From: Candidatus Pelagibacteraceae bacterium
Lineage (GTDB): Bacteria; Pseudomonadota; Alphaproteobacteria; Pelagibacterales; Pelagibacteraceae
Assembly: GCA_965655605.1 (NCBI GenBank)
Contig: CBFHHD010000001.1
Location: 1-43,080, forward strand
DNA length: 43,080 nucleotides
Direction: 5' to 3'
Part shown: piece by piece, positions 1 through 12,174 of the stretch
How the letters are laid out: each line of letters opens with the position of its first letter
How positions within the stretch are numbered: position 1 is the stretch's first letter
Notes under the pieces: model-generated
What the model saw: the letters and a program-made list of their open reading frames with translations, nothing else
What the model was told of the DNA's origin: nothing
Database searches by the model: none
Translations under genes and position numbers: made by a program

Positions 1-1
1 G

Positions 2-148
2 AGATTAAAAAAAGTAGCAGATGAATTAAAATTATTTAGGTGTCATACAATCATGAACTGTACAAATGCATGTCCCAAGGGATTAAATCCAGCTAAAGCT
101 ATTGGATCAATTAAGAAGATGCTAGTTACTGAGAAACTTTCTCAATAA
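2..148 (+). CDS. sdhB: Succinate dehydrogenase iron-sulfur subunit, 3' end (partial)
   Basis: Own translation from nt 2: [64 protein letters not shown] is the SdhB C-terminal Fe-S motif. Not in ORF track. Confidence 0.95.
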   Translation, partial: RLKKVADELKLFRCHTIMNCTNACPKGLNPAKAIGSIKKMLVTEKLSQ

Positions 149-158
149 AAATTAAAAT

Positions 159-1652
159 ATGAAAAATTTATACCATTTTGTGGGTGGTAAAGAATTCCAG
201 GGTGAGAGCAAAAGACAGAGTGATGTTTTTAATCCTGCAACTGGCGAAGTACAATCTAAAGTAAATTTAGCATCTAAAAATGATGTCAATAAAGCTGTAG
301 AGATTGCAAAAGATGCCTTTAATGATTGGGCAGCAACTCCACCTTTAACAAGAGCAAGAATTCTATTTAAATTTAAAGAGCTTATTGAAAAAAACACAGA
401 TGAATTAACTAAAATAATTGTATCTGAGCACGGTAAGGTCTACGATGACGCAAAAGGTTCACTGACGCGTGGACTTGAGGTTGTTGAATTTGCTTGTGGT
501 ATACCAAATCTTTTAAAAGGTGACTTTACCGAAAACGTAGGAAGGGATGTCGATAGCTGGTCTATAAGACAGCCTTTAGGAGTATGTGCAGGTATCACAC
601 CATTTAACTTTCCAGCAATGGTTCCGATGTGGATGTTCCCTGTTGCGATAGCTTGTGGGAATACATTTGTATTGAAGCCATCAGAAAAAGATCCAAGTTG
701 TGCATTAATGTTAGCAAAATTATTAAAAGAAGCCGGACTTCCAGACGGAGTTTTTAATGTTGTAAATGGAGATAAAGAGTCAGTAGATGCTTTATTAGAA
801 AATCCAGATGTAAGTGCAATAAGTTTTGTTGGATCTACAGGAATTGCTAAATATATTTATGAAAATGCTGCTAAATATGAAAAGCGAGTTCAAGCTTTAG
901 GTGGTGCTAAAAATCACTGTGTTGTAATGCCAGACTCTGACTTAGATCAAGCTGTCAATGGTTTAATGGGAGCTGCTTATGGATCAGCTGGCGAAAGATG
1001 TATGGCTCAATCTGTTGCAGTTGCCGTCGGAAATATAGGAGATGAGTTGGTTAAAAGATTATCACAAAAGGTAGAGGCATTAAAAGTAGGACCTGGAATG
1101 GACACCACATCTGAAATGGGCCCGTTAGTTACCAAAGAACATTTAGACAAAGTTAGAGGCTATGTAGACATAGGAGTTGAAGAGGGAGCTAAATTAGTTG
1201 TTGATGGAAGAAATTTAAAATTACAAGGATACGAAAATGGTTTTTACATTGGCGGTTGCTTGTTTGATCATGTCACAGAAAATATGAGAATTTATAAAGA
1301 GGAAATTTTTGGCCCAGTCTTATCAGTTGTTAGGGTGAAAGATTTCAAATCAGCAGTTGAGCTAGTTAACAATCATGAATATGGTAATGGTACCTCTATT
1401 TTTACAAGAGACGGTGATTCTGCGAGAACGTTTACAAGTAAAATTCAAGTCGGCATGGTCGGTGTAAATATTCCAATTCCTGTACCAATGGCATTTCATA
1501 GTTTTGGGGGATGGAAAAGATCTTTATTTGGAGATCAACATATGCACGGTCCAGAAGGTGTGAGGTTTTACACTAAATTGAAAACAGTTACATCAAGATG
1601 GCCCTCTGGAATTAAAGATAATCCAGAGTTTACAATGCCAACGATGAAATAA
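159..1652 (+). CDS. mmsA: CoA-acylating (methyl)malonate-semialdehyde dehydrogenase
   Basis: ALDH fold with [39 protein letters not shown] (catalytic Cys), EIFGP. Confidence 0.93.
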   Translation: MKNLYHFVGGKEFQGESKRQSDVFNPATGEVQSKVNLASKNDVNKAVEIAKDAFNDWAATPPLTRARILFKFKELIEKNTDELTKIIVSEHGKVYDDAKGSLTRGLEVVEFACGIPNLLKGDFTENVGRDVDSWSIRQPLGVCAGITPFNFPAMVPMWMFPVAIACGNTFVLKPSEKDPSCALMLAKLLKEAGLPDGVFNVVNGDKESVDALLENPDVSAISFVGSTGIAKYIYENAAKYEKRVQALGGAKNHCVVMPDSDLDQAVNGLMGAAYGSAGERCMAQSVAVAVGNIGDELVKRLSQKVEALKVGPGMDTTSEMGPLVTKEHLDKVRGYVDIGVEEGAKLVVDGRNLKLQGYENGFYIGGCLFDHVTENMRIYKEEIFGPVLSVVRVKDFKSAVELVNNHEYGNGTSIFTRDGDSARTFTSKIQVGMVGVNIPIPVPMAFHSFGGWKRSLFGDQHMHGPEGVRFYTKLKTVTSRWPSGIKDNPEFTMPTMK

Positions 1653-1698
1653 TTTTTATTATTTTACAAATTTTAAAAAAACTGATTAATCATTATTT

Positions 1699-2820
1699 AT
1701 GCAAATTAAAAGAGTAGGTTTTGTTGGTTGGAGAGGTATGGTTGGTTCTGTCCTTGTTCAAAGGATGAGAGAAGAAAAAGACTTTGATGATATTGAAGAG
1801 CCAGTTTTTTTATCAACTTCTCAAATTAATCAACCTGGCCCAGATTTAGGCAAAGGATCAGCTCCATTAGCTGACGCTACAGATATTAATTTTTTAAATA
1901 GTTTGGATGTAATTATTACTTGCCAAGGAAGTGAGTACACAAATAAAGTTTATAAAAAATTAAGACAATTTGGATGGAAAGGATATTGGATTGATGCAGC
2001 CTCATCTCTAAGAAAAAATGATGAAAGCACAATAGTATTAGATCCAATTAATTTCGAGGTAATTAAAAAATCATTGTCGGAAAATAAAAAAGATTTCATC
2101 GGAGGCAATTGTACAATTAGTTGTATGCTAATGGGAATTGGAGGGTTATTTAAAAATAACTTAATAGAGTGGATGACATCAATGACATATCAAGCTGCAT
2201 CTGGTGGAGGGGCGCAGCATATGAGAGAGTTAATAAACCAAATGGGCGCGTTGTATAAAAGTTCAAAAAATCTTATGGATGACCCCGCATCTTCAATATT
2301 AGATATTGATAAACAAATAGCATTAGAGATGAATTCAAAAAAATTTCCAATTGATAATTTTTCAGTACCTCTCGCTGGAAGTTTAGTACCATGGATTGAT
2401 AGCACTGTAGAGCATGGTCAATCAAAAGAGGAGTGGAAAGCGAATTTTGAAACAAATAAAATTTTGGGTAATACGAAAAATATTCCTATCGACGGTACGT
2501 GTGTAAGAGTGGGAGCTATGAGATCACATAGTCAAGCTTTAACGATAAAATTAAATAAGGATATTCCAATTGATGAAATCGAAAATATTATTAGTGAGAC
2601 GAGTGAATGGACAAAGCTTATTACTAATGAACAAAAGGCAACTATTAATGAATTAAGTCCAGCTCATGTAACTGGTAGTTTAAACGTTGCTGTAGGAAGA
2701 GTCCGAAAAATGAATATTGGTAATCAATTTTTAAATGTTTTTACCGTTGGCGATCAGTTATTATGGGGTGCTGCTGAACCGTTAAGAAGAATGCTTAAAA
2801 TTGTAATGCAAGGCAAGTAA
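1699..2820 (+). CDS. asd: Aspartate-semialdehyde dehydrogenase, E. coli/beta-gamma type
   Basis: VGFVGWRGMVGSVL, WIDAASSLR, GGNCT (catalytic Cys), YQAASGGGA, VGDQLLWGAAEPLRRML. Confidence 0.96.
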   Translation: MQIKRVGFVGWRGMVGSVLVQRMREEKDFDDIEEPVFLSTSQINQPGPDLGKGSAPLADATDINFLNSLDVIITCQGSEYTNKVYKKLRQFGWKGYWIDAASSLRKNDESTIVLDPINFEVIKKSLSENKKDFIGGNCTISCMLMGIGGLFKNNLIEWMTSMTYQAASGGGAQHMRELINQMGALYKSSKNLMDDPASSILDIDKQIALEMNSKKFPIDNFSVPLAGSLVPWIDSTVEHGQSKEEWKANFETNKILGNTKNIPIDGTCVRVGAMRSHSQALTIKLNKDIPIDEIENIISETSEWTKLITNEQKATINELSPAHVTGSLNVAVGRVRKMNIGNQFLNVFTVGDQLLWGAAEPLRRMLKIVMQGK

Positions 2821-2896
2821 ATCAACCTGTAGTATGTCTTTTTATATATGGTGCATCAATTTGGACTATAAAATCAACTAATTATTTACTGTATAG

Positions 2897-3865
<969 letters not shown>

Positions 3866-3867
3866 TA

Positions 3868-5028
3868 ATGAATATTCACGAACACCAAGCTAAAGCAATT
3901 CTTAAAAAATTTGGAGCCCCAGTCCCTAATGGGTGCGCAGTACATTCTATGGATGAGCTTAAATCTGCAGCTCAAAAAATCTCTACTAATAAGATTGTTC
4001 TAAAAGCACAAATTCATGCTGGAGGAAGAGGAAAAGCTGGAGGTGTAAAAATAGTTAATAATTTTGATGAACTTCAAAAAGAGGCAAATGAGCTTTTTGG
4101 TAAAGTTTTAGTTACCCATCAAACTGGTCCCCAGGGCAAAGAGGTTAAAAGACTTTACTTAGAAGATGCTTCTGAGATTAGTAAAGAGTTTTATTTATCT
4201 TGTTTAGTAGATAGAGCTAGTTCAAAAATTGCTTTTATCTCTAGTGCCGAGGGAGGCATGGATATCGAAGAAGTTGCTGAAAAATCACCTGAAAAAATTA
4301 TTACAACTAGAGTAGGTCTAGTTGGGACAGTGAAAGATGATGATGTATTAAATATATTAAAACCATTTAATTTGTCTGGCCAAGCATTAGAAGATGGTAA
4401 AAAGATTGTTCAATCAATTTATCAAGCATTAACTAAAACAGATGCAAATTTAATTGAAGTTAATCCATTAATACTAACTAAAGATGAAAAGGTTATTTGT
4501 TTGGATGCTAAAATTAACTTTGATGGCAATGCTTTGTTCAGGCACCCAGATATATTGGAGTTAAGAGATTTAAGCGAAGAAGATCCAATGGAAATTGAGG
4601 CTAGTAAACATGATCTAGCTTACATAAAATTAAACGGCGAGATTGGCTGCATGGTAAATGGTGCGGGATTAGCGATGGCAACTATGGATATAATCAATTT
4701 GTATGGTTCAGAGCCAGCAAATTTTTTGGACGTTGGCGGCGGAGCCTCTAAAGAAAAGGTAACAGCTGCATTCAAAATTATTTTATCTGATCAGAATGTT
4801 AAAGGAATCCTGATTAATATATTTGGTGGAATTATGAGATGTGATGTAATCGCAGAAGGGGTAATTGCAGCTGCAAAAGAGACAGATTTAAACGTACCAT
4901 TGGTTGTTAGATTGGCTGGAACCAACTTTGAAAAAGGAAAAGAAATATTAAGCAAATCAGGGTTAAAGATAATTCCTGCTGATAATTTAAACGAAGCCGC
5001 TAAAAAAATAGTCGAGGCAATTAAATAA
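3868..5028 (+). CDS. sucC: Succinyl-CoA synthetase beta subunit
   Basis: [51 protein letters not shown]. Confidence 0.97.
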   Translation: MNIHEHQAKAILKKFGAPVPNGCAVHSMDELKSAAQKISTNKIVLKAQIHAGGRGKAGGVKIVNNFDELQKEANELFGKVLVTHQTGPQGKEVKRLYLEDASEISKEFYLSCLVDRASSKIAFISSAEGGMDIEEVAEKSPEKIITTRVGLVGTVKDDDVLNILKPFNLSGQALEDGKKIVQSIYQALTKTDANLIEVNPLILTKDEKVICLDAKINFDGNALFRHPDILELRDLSEEDPMEIEASKHDLAYIKLNGEIGCMVNGAGLAMATMDIINLYGSEPANFLDVGGGASKEKVTAAFKIILSDQNVKGILINIFGGIMRCDVIAEGVIAAAKETDLNVPLVVRLAGTNFEKGKEILSKSGLKIIPADNLNEAAKKIVEAIK

Positions 5029-5903
5029 TGTCAGTCTTGGTTAATAAAAATACAAAACTAATTTGCCAAGGTTTCACAGGAGCGAACGGAACTTTTCATT
5101 CTGAGCAAGCCCTATTATATGGGACAAATTTAGTTGGAGGTGTTACTCCAAAAAAAGGAGGTCAAGTTCACCTAGGAAAACCAGTGTTTAATACTGTTAA
5201 AGAAGCTGTAAGTGAAACGGGTGCAAATGCTACGATGATTTATGTACCTGCAAAATTTGCCGCTTCGGCAATTGAAGAAGCAATAGATGCAGGAATCTTA
5301 CTTATTGTTTGTATCACAGAAGGAATCCCAATCCTTGATATGATCAAAGTAAAAGAAAAGTTACAAGCATCTGAGTCCAGATTAATTGGACCAAATTGCC
5401 CAGGTATCATAACTCCTGATGAGTGTAAGATAGGTATTATGCCAGGACACATTCATAAAAAAGGAAGCGTTGGTATAGTGTCGAGATCAGGTACATTAAC
5501 CTATGAAGCTGTTGCTCAAACAAGCGCAGAAGGTTTGGGACAATCTACATGTATCGGCATAGGAGGCGACCCCGTAAATGGAACAAACTTTATTGATTGT
5601 TTGGATTTATTTTTACAAGATGATGAAACAGAATCTATTATTATGATTGGTGAAATTGGAGGTTCTGCTGAAGAGGAAGCCGCAGAATTTTTAAAAAATA
5701 ATCCAATTAAAAAGCCAACAGTAGGGTTCATAGCAGGGATCACCGCTCCTCCAGGTAGAACAATGGGCCATGCCGGAGCCATCGTTGCTGGTGGAAAAGG
5801 TGGTGCAAAAGATAAGATTAAAAAAATGAAAGAATGCGGAATTACAGTCACAGACTCTCCTGCAGATATAGGAAAAACATTGAAATCCGTGTTAAAGAGT
5901 TGA
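5028..5903 (+). CDS. sucD: Succinyl-CoA synthetase alpha subunit
   Basis: [26 protein letters not shown] (phospho-His); TAATG overlap with sucC. Confidence 0.97.
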   Translation: MSVLVNKNTKLICQGFTGANGTFHSEQALLYGTNLVGGVTPKKGGQVHLGKPVFNTVKEAVSETGANATMIYVPAKFAASAIEEAIDAGILLIVCITEGIPILDMIKVKEKLQASESRLIGPNCPGIITPDECKIGIMPGHIHKKGSVGIVSRSGTLTYEAVAQTSAEGLGQSTCIGIGGDPVNGTNFIDCLDLFLQDDETESIIMIGEIGGSAEEEAAEFLKNNPIKKPTVGFIAGITAPPGRTMGHAGAIVAGGKGGAKDKIKKMKECGITVTDSPADIGKTLKSVLKS

Positions 5904-5909
5904 TATAAT
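5880..5909 (+). promoter_or_regulatory. Putative internal sigma70 promoter for sucA-sucB-lpdA
   Basis: TTGAAA (5880-5885), 18-nt spacer, TATAAT (5904-5909) preceded by TGA, giving an extended -10 TGn. Confidence 0.45.
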
Positions 5910-5920
5910 ATCTTTAATAA

Positions 5921-8854
5921 ATGTCGGCATCAAAAAACAAAATTTTTGAAACAACATCATTTCTAAGTAAATCGAATTCTTCGTATATTGAACAAATGTA
6001 TGAAAAATACTGTAACGATCCAAATGCCATTCCAAATTCATGGAGAGAATATTTTGAAGGTTTGGGTGAGAATATTCAAATTGTTAAAAAAGATATTTCC
6101 AAAGCCTCGTGGGAGCCGCAAAATATTAAATCTAGTTCAGAAATAGATCCAGATATCTACGAAAAATTTATTCCAAAAAATATTTCATATGCCGTCGAGC
6201 AGAAGATAAAGAAAGAAAAACCTAACATTTCATCAGATGAAATAGAGCAAAGTACTAAAGATTCAGTAAGAGCAATTATGATGATTAGGGCCTACAGAAT
6301 TAGAGGTCATTTAAATGCTGACTTAGATCCTTTAGGTTTAATTGAAAAAGAAAATACTCCAGAGTTGCTTCCAGAGACATATGGATTTTCTCAAATTGAC
6401 ATGGATAAGAAAATCTTTTTAGATGAAGTCTTGGGTTTGAAATATGGAACCTTGAGAGAAATTTTAGATATTCTAAAAAGAACATATTGTTCAAGTATTG
6501 GTGTTGAATTTATGCATATGACAGATCCAAATGAGAAAAGTTGGATACAAGAACGAATTGAAGGAAAAGATAAGGAGATAAAATTTACAGAACGTGGAAA
6601 AAAAGCAATTTTAAATAAACTTATAGAGTCAGATGGTTTTGAAAAATATTTAGCAAAAAAATATGTAGGCACAAAAAGATTTGGTCTTGATGGTTGCGAG
6701 TCTCTTATTCCTGCAATGGAACAAATAATTAAAAGAGGTGGAGCTTTAGGATGTAAAGAGGTGAAAATTGGAATGCCACATAGAGGCAGGTTGAATATAC
6801 TTACAAATGTAATTCAAAAACCACTTAAAAAAGTTTTCAAAGAATTTGCAGGTGACCCAGGTATCGCAAGTGGTGGCGTTTCAGGAGATGTAAAATATCA
6901 TCTAGGAGCATCAGCAAATAGAGAGTTTGATGGCAATCTTGTTCATGTGAGTTTAACAGCAAATCCATCACATTTAGAAGCAGTGAACCCAGTAGTTTTA
7001 GGTCAAGTTAGGGCTAAACAAGACTTTCACAAGGATGTCAAAAGAGACAAAGTTATTCCAATATTGTTACATGGAGACGCTGCATTTGCAGGACAAGGAA
7101 TTGTTGCAGAATGCTTTGCTATGTCAGGTCTTAAAGGTCATAATATTGGCGGAACCATTCATCTAATCGTTAACAATCAAATCGGATTTACAACGCAACC
7201 AGAGTTTTCAAGATCCTCACCTTACCCATCAGAGGTAGCTAAAATGGTGCAGGCGCCAATCTTTCATGTTAACGGAGATGATCCTGAGGCAGTTACATAT
7301 TGTGCAAAAGTTGCTACTGAGTATAGGCAAAAGTTTAAGAGAGATATTGTAATTGATATTTTTTGTTACAGAAAATTTGGACACAACGAGGGAGATGAGC
7401 CATCTTTCACTCAGCCTCTTATGTATAAGAAAATTAAAGAGCAAGATTCAACATTACAAATATATTCTGAAAAATTGATAAGAGAAGGTGTTTTATCAAG
7501 CGAAGATTTTGATAGAGAAAAGCAAGACTACCAAAATAGATTAGACCAAGAGTTTGAATCATCTAAAACTTATATTTCAAATGAGTTAGATTGGTTTACA
7601 GGTGTATGGTCTAAATTTACAACCGAAACTGGCCACGATAGAAGAGGCGTGACAGGTATTGAGAGCGACGAAATTCAAAGTTTAGGTAAAAAACTAACAA
7701 CTATTCCAGATGGATTTAATCCTCATAAAACAATATCTAGAATTTATGAAGCTAGATCAAAAATGTTTACTACAGGTAAAGAGTTTGATTGGGCTATGGC
7801 AGAAACACTTGCTTTTGCGAGCTTAGCAAATGAAGGGTATCCAATTAGGTTGGTAGGACAAGATTCTGTCAGAGGAACATTTAGCCAAAGACACGCAGCA
7901 ATTAATGATCAAGTTACGGGAGATAGATATTATCCATTAAAACATTTATCCAAAGGACAAGGTAAAGTTGAATTGATAGATAGCCTCTTATCAGAAATGG
8001 GTGTCTTAGGTTTTGAATATGGATTTTCTTTAACTGATCCAGATGCTTTAGTATTATGGGAGGCGCAGTTTGGAGACTTTGCAAATGGTGCACAGGTAAT
8101 TTTTGACCAATTTATAAGTTCAGGAGAGAAAAAATGGACAAGGGCAAGTGGTTTAGTTTTATTATTGCCTCATGGTTATGAAGGTCAAGGACCCGAACAC
8201 TCTTCTGCACGAATAGAAAGATACCTCCAGGCCTGCGCCCAAGAAAACATCCAAATTGTAAATTGTACAACACCTGCAAATTACTTTCATGCATTAAGGA
8301 GACAAATACACCGTCCATTTAGAAAGCCTTTAGTAATCTTCACTCCAAAATCTTTGTTAAGACACAAAAGGTGTATTTCTGAAATAGAGGATTTTACAAA
8401 AGAAAATTCATTTCATAGAGTTTTATCAGATAGAGCTGAATATCCTGAGTATAATTTAATTCCATTGGCTCAAGATGACCAAATAGAAAGAGTCATTTTA
8501 TGTAGTGGAAAAATATATTATGATCTAGTTGACGAAAGAGAAAAACTAAATGCAAATAAAGTTCAAATTGTAAGACTAGAGCAGTTATATCCTTTTCCTG
8601 TAAAAACTTTAGTTAGGCATTTAAATAGATTTAAGAATGCTAAAAAATTTGTATGGTGCCAAGAAGAACCACAAAATATGGGTCCGTGGAATCACGTAGA
8701 AAGATATATAAATAAAACTTTAGAGCTTATTAAAACCAGTTGTAAAAATGTTATATATACTGGTAGATCGCCATCTGCATCGCCTGCAACAGGGTTTATG
8801 AAAAAACATCTTGCCCAACAACAAGAAATTGTTAAAAAAGCTATTACAATTTAA
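5921..8854 (+). CDS. sucA: 2-oxoglutarate dehydrogenase E1
   Basis: [33 protein letters not shown] (ThDP motif), [27 protein letters not shown]. Confidence 0.98.
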   Translation: MSASKNKIFETTSFLSKSNSSYIEQMYEKYCNDPNAIPNSWREYFEGLGENIQIVKKDISKASWEPQNIKSSSEIDPDIYEKFIPKNISYAVEQKIKKEKPNISSDEIEQSTKDSVRAIMMIRAYRIRGHLNADLDPLGLIEKENTPELLPETYGFSQIDMDKKIFLDEVLGLKYGTLREILDILKRTYCSSIGVEFMHMTDPNEKSWIQERIEGKDKEIKFTERGKKAILNKLIESDGFEKYLAKKYVGTKRFGLDGCESLIPAMEQIIKRGGALGCKEVKIGMPHRGRLNILTNVIQKPLKKVFKEFAGDPGIASGGVSGDVKYHLGASANREFDGNLVHVSLTANPSHLEAVNPVVLGQVRAKQDFHKDVKRDKVIPILLHGDAAFAGQGIVAECFAMSGLKGHNIGGTIHLIVNNQIGFTTQPEFSRSSPYPSEVAKMVQAPIFHVNGDDPEAVTYCAKVATEYRQKFKRDIVIDIFCYRKFGHNEGDEPSFTQPLMYKKIKEQDSTLQIYSEKLIREGVLSSEDFDREKQDYQNRLDQEFESSKTYISNELDWFTGVWSKFTTETGHDRRGVTGIESDEIQSLGKKLTTIPDGFNPHKTISRIYEARSKMFTTGKEFDWAMAETLAFASLANEGYPIRLVGQDSVRGTFSQRHAAINDQVTGDRYYPLKHLSKGQGKVELIDSLLSEMGVLGFEYGFSLTDPDALVLWEAQFGDFANGAQVIFDQFISSGEKKWTRASGLVLLLPHGYEGQGPEHSSARIERYLQACAQENIQIVNCTTPANYFHALRRQIHRPFRKPLVIFTPKSLLRHKRCISEIEDFTKENSFHRVLSDRAEYPEYNLIPLAQDDQIERVILCSGKIYYDLVDEREKLNANKVQIVRLEQLYPFPVKTLVRHLNRFKNAKKFVWCQEEPQNMGPWNHVERYINKTLELIKTSCKNVIYTGRSPSASPATGFMKKHLAQQQEIVKKAITI

Positions 8855-10080
8855 TGAGCACACCAATATTAGTTCCAGCATTAGGAGAGTCCGTCACTGA
8901 GGCAACAGTTGCTAAATGGATAAAAAAAGCTGGCGAACATGTTAATGAAGATGAGCCTATCGTTGAGCTAGAAACAGATAAAGTTAGTGTAGAGGTTACC
9001 TCCCCACAAACTGGAGTATTATCAGAAATTACAATTAATGAAGGAGAAACTGTTGAGGTTGGATCTAAGTTGGGAGTAATAGCAAAGGGTGACGCTGTAC
9101 AAAAAGAACCAGAGCTCACAAAAGAAACTAAGATAGAAAAAGAAGCTATTAAAGAAGAGCCAACTAAAGAGATAAAAAAAGATATTCAAGAAGATAAAGT
9201 AGTTCAATTAAATGTAGAAAAAAAGCCAGAGCCATCGCCAGCTGCAAAAAGAGTCATTGAGGAAAATAAAATTGATATTACAAATATTCAAGGAAGTGGC
9301 AGACGTGGGCAAATTCTAAAAAGTGATTTGATTGGATTGATGGGTATTAATCCTGGAATAGACAAAAAATTTCAAGAAAAAGGTCCTGAGGAAAGAGTAA
9401 AAATGTCTCGTCTGAGATCTACAATCGCAAAAAGATTAAAAGAAGCTCAAAATACAGCGGCAATGTTAACTACCTTCAATGAGATAGATATGACAATGAT
9501 TATGCAAATTAGAAAAGATAATAAAGAAGAGTTTGAAAAAATGTATGGAGTAAAACTTGGTTTTATGTCTTTTTTTGTCAAGGCTTGTGTTAATGCACTT
9601 CAAACTTTTCCCAATGTAAATGCAGAAATTCAAGGCGAAGAGATAGTTTATAAAAATTACTATAATATTGGCGTTGCTGTAGGAACCGATAAAGGGTTAG
9701 TGGTTCCAGTAGTTAGAGGTGCGGATCAAATGTCCTTTGCCGATATTGAAAAAGAAATTATCACTCTAGGTGGAAAAGCAAGAGACGGACAGTTAACTAT
9801 TGACGAATTACAAGGTGGAACATTTACATTAACAAATGGTGGCATTTATGGTTCTATGCTTTCAACACCTATTCTTAACCCTCCTCAGTCCGGAGTATTA
9901 GGAATGCATAATATTGTTCAAAGAGCAGTTGTGATTAATGGTAAAATTGAGATTAGGCCGATAATGTATTTAGCTTTATCATATGATCATAGAATTATTG
10001 ACGGTAAGGAAGCAGTGTCTTTCTTGGTGAGAGTAAAAGAAATACTAGAAGATCCTAGAAGGTTATTTTTAGATTTATAA
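8854..10080 (+). CDS. sucB: Dihydrolipoamide succinyltransferase (E2)
   Basis: Lipoyl domain ELETDKV, E3-binding GSGRRGQI, catalytic YDHRIIDG. Confidence 0.97.
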   Translation: MSTPILVPALGESVTEATVAKWIKKAGEHVNEDEPIVELETDKVSVEVTSPQTGVLSEITINEGETVEVGSKLGVIAKGDAVQKEPELTKETKIEKEAIKEEPTKEIKKDIQEDKVVQLNVEKKPEPSPAAKRVIEENKIDITNIQGSGRRGQILKSDLIGLMGINPGIDKKFQEKGPEERVKMSRLRSTIAKRLKEAQNTAAMLTTFNEIDMTMIMQIRKDNKEEFEKMYGVKLGFMSFFVKACVNALQTFPNVNAEIQGEEIVYKNYYNIGVAVGTDKGLVVPVVRGADQMSFADIEKEIITLGGKARDGQLTIDELQGGTFTLTNGGIYGSMLSTPILNPPQSGVLGMHNIVQRAVVINGKIEIRPIMYLALSYDHRIIDGKEAVSFLVRVKEILEDPRRLFLDL

Positions 10081-11477
10081 TGGAAGATTTTGACGTTATA
10101 GTTATTGGAGGCGGCCCAGGTGGTTATGTATGTTCAATAAGAGCTGCGCAATTAGGTCTTAAAACAGCTTGCATTGAATCAAGAGGTTCTCTTGGTGGAA
10201 CTTGTTTAAATGTTGGATGCATTCCATCAAAATCATTACTCCATTCAGCAGAAATGTATCACAAAGCTAATAAGGAGTTTGATAAAATTGGGATAAATAC
10301 CGGAGGACTATCATTGGACATTTCTAAAATGATGAGTCATAAATTAAAAACAGTTGATGGTTTGACAAAAGGAATAGAGTTTTTATTTAAAAAAAATAAA
10401 GTTACTTATATTAAAGGACATGGAAGCTTGGCTTCTAAAGGCTCAGTTAATATTAAAAATTTAGATGGATCAGATAGTAAAATCAATGGCAAGCATATAA
10501 TAATTGCAACTGGTTCTTCAGTAGTAACCTTGCCTAATATTAAAATTGATGAACAGACAATCGTTTCATCTACAGGAGGCCTATCTTTAGAAAAAGTTCC
10601 AAAAAAAATGATTGTAATTGGTGGAGGTGTGATTGGCTTAGAGCTTGGATCAGTATGGATGAAGCTGGGAGCAGAAGTTGAAGTAATTGAATACATGGAC
10701 CATATTTTAACTGGTATGGATAAAGAGGTATCTGATACTTTTCATAAAATCCTTAAAAGACAGGGTATGAAATTTAATCTTTCAGCCAAGGTAAATTCAG
10801 TAGAAAATAAGTCAGGAAAAGCAGTTGTTGAATTTGAAAAAGATGGAAACAGCAATGCAATGGAAGCTGATGTTGTTTTAGTATCGGTTGGAAGAAAACC
10901 AAATACAGAAGGGTTAAAATTGGATCAAGCGGGGATTGAAACTGACGAAAGAGGACGAGTAAAAATTGATAAGCATTTTAAAACAAATATCGAGGGCGTT
11001 TATGCCATTGGGGATGTAGTAACTGGACCAATGTTAGCTCATAAAGCAGAAGAAGAAGGAATTGCTGTTGCCGAGATGATTTCGGGTAAATTTGGGCATG
11101 TAAATTATAATGTTATACCAAACGTTGTATATACACATCCTGAAGTTGCGTCTGTTGGAAAAACAGAAGAGGATTTGAAAAAAGATTCTATTGAATATAA
11201 TGCAGGCAAGTTCCCATTTATGGCAAATTCCAAAGCCAAGGTTAATGACGTAGCAGAAGGTTTTGTGAAAATTTTAGCTGACAAAAAAACTGATAAAATT
11301 TTAGGTGTACATATAGTTGGACCAGATGCTGGAAACTTAATTGCAGAGTTATCCTTGGCCATGGAGTTTGGTGCAAGTTCTGAGGATGTAGCAAGAACTT
11401 GTCATGCACACCCAACTTTAACTGAGGCGGTAAAAGAAGCGGCCTTGGCAGTGGATAAAAGACCAATACATATGTAG
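10080..11477 (+). CDS. lpdA: Dihydrolipoamide dehydrogenase (E3)
   Basis: [20 protein letters not shown] disulfide motif, HAHPTLTE. Confidence 0.97.
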   Translation: MEDFDVIVIGGGPGGYVCSIRAAQLGLKTACIESRGSLGGTCLNVGCIPSKSLLHSAEMYHKANKEFDKIGINTGGLSLDISKMMSHKLKTVDGLTKGIEFLFKKNKVTYIKGHGSLASKGSVNIKNLDGSDSKINGKHIIIATGSSVVTLPNIKIDEQTIVSSTGGLSLEKVPKKMIVIGGGVIGLELGSVWMKLGAEVEVIEYMDHILTGMDKEVSDTFHKILKRQGMKFNLSAKVNSVENKSGKAVVEFEKDGNSNAMEADVVLVSVGRKPNTEGLKLDQAGIETDERGRVKIDKHFKTNIEGVYAIGDVVTGPMLAHKAEEEGIAVAEMISGKFGHVNYNVIPNVVYTHPEVASVGKTEEDLKKDSIEYNAGKFPFMANSKAKVNDVAEGFVKILADKKTDKILGVHIVGPDAGNLIAELSLAMEFGASSEDVARTCHAHPTLTEAVKEAALAVDKRPIHM

Positions 11478-11484
11478 CTCGGCG

Positions 11485-12141
11485 CTATAATATTTTTTGG
11501 TTAGATTTTTGCCAATCATCTAAGAATAATTTTAAACCTTTGTCGGTTAAATCATGCATGTAAAGTTTATGAAAAACTTTTGGTGGGATTGTGGAAATAT
11601 CAGAACCAGCTAATGCAACTGCTTTTATATGTTCTACATTTCTAACAGAAGCTGATAAAATTTCCGTTTTAATATTCTTATAGTTGTTAAATACTTTTCT
11701 TATATCTTTAATTAATTGGACACCATCTTCACCAATATCATCCAATCTACCTATAAAAGGAGAGACATATGTTGCACCTGCTTTAGCTGCAAGAAGTGCC
11801 TGAGATACTGAAAAACATAATGTGACATTTGTTTTTATTTTCTTCTTAGTTAGTGACGAGCAAGCTTTTAACCCGTCAAAAGTTAACGGTAGTTTTATCA
11901 CAATGTTTTTTGCAATTTTTTTTAAGATCTGTGCCTCTTTTAGCATACCCGTTACATCAGTAGCTGTTACCTCAGCACTTACCGGGCCCTTAACTTCTTT
12001 ACAAATTTCTTTCAAAATAACTTTAATATTTTTACCTTGTTTAGCGATTAAAGATGGGTTTGTAGTAATTCCATCCACTAATCCTGTCTTATTAATATCT
12101 TTGATTTCTTTAATATCAGAAGAGTCTATGTATATTTTCAT
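11485..12141 (-). CDS. tal: Transaldolase, short MipB/TalC-type (FSA family)
   Basis: DGITTNPSL, Schiff-base [28 protein letters not shown]. Confidence 0.9.
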   Translation of the reverse strand: MKIYIDSSDIKEIKDINKTGLVDGITTNPSLIAKQGKNIKVILKEICKEVKGPVSAEVTATDVTGMLKEAQILKKIAKNIVIKLPLTFDGLKACSSLTKKKIKTNVTLCFSVSQALLAAKAGATYVSPFIGRLDDIGEDGVQLIKDIRKVFNNYKNIKTEILSASVRNVEHIKAVALAGSDISTIPPKVFHKLYMHDLTDKGLKLFLDDWQKSNQKIL

Positions 12142-12174
12142 AATTAAATAATAATTTAAAAGCTAATTTTTAAT

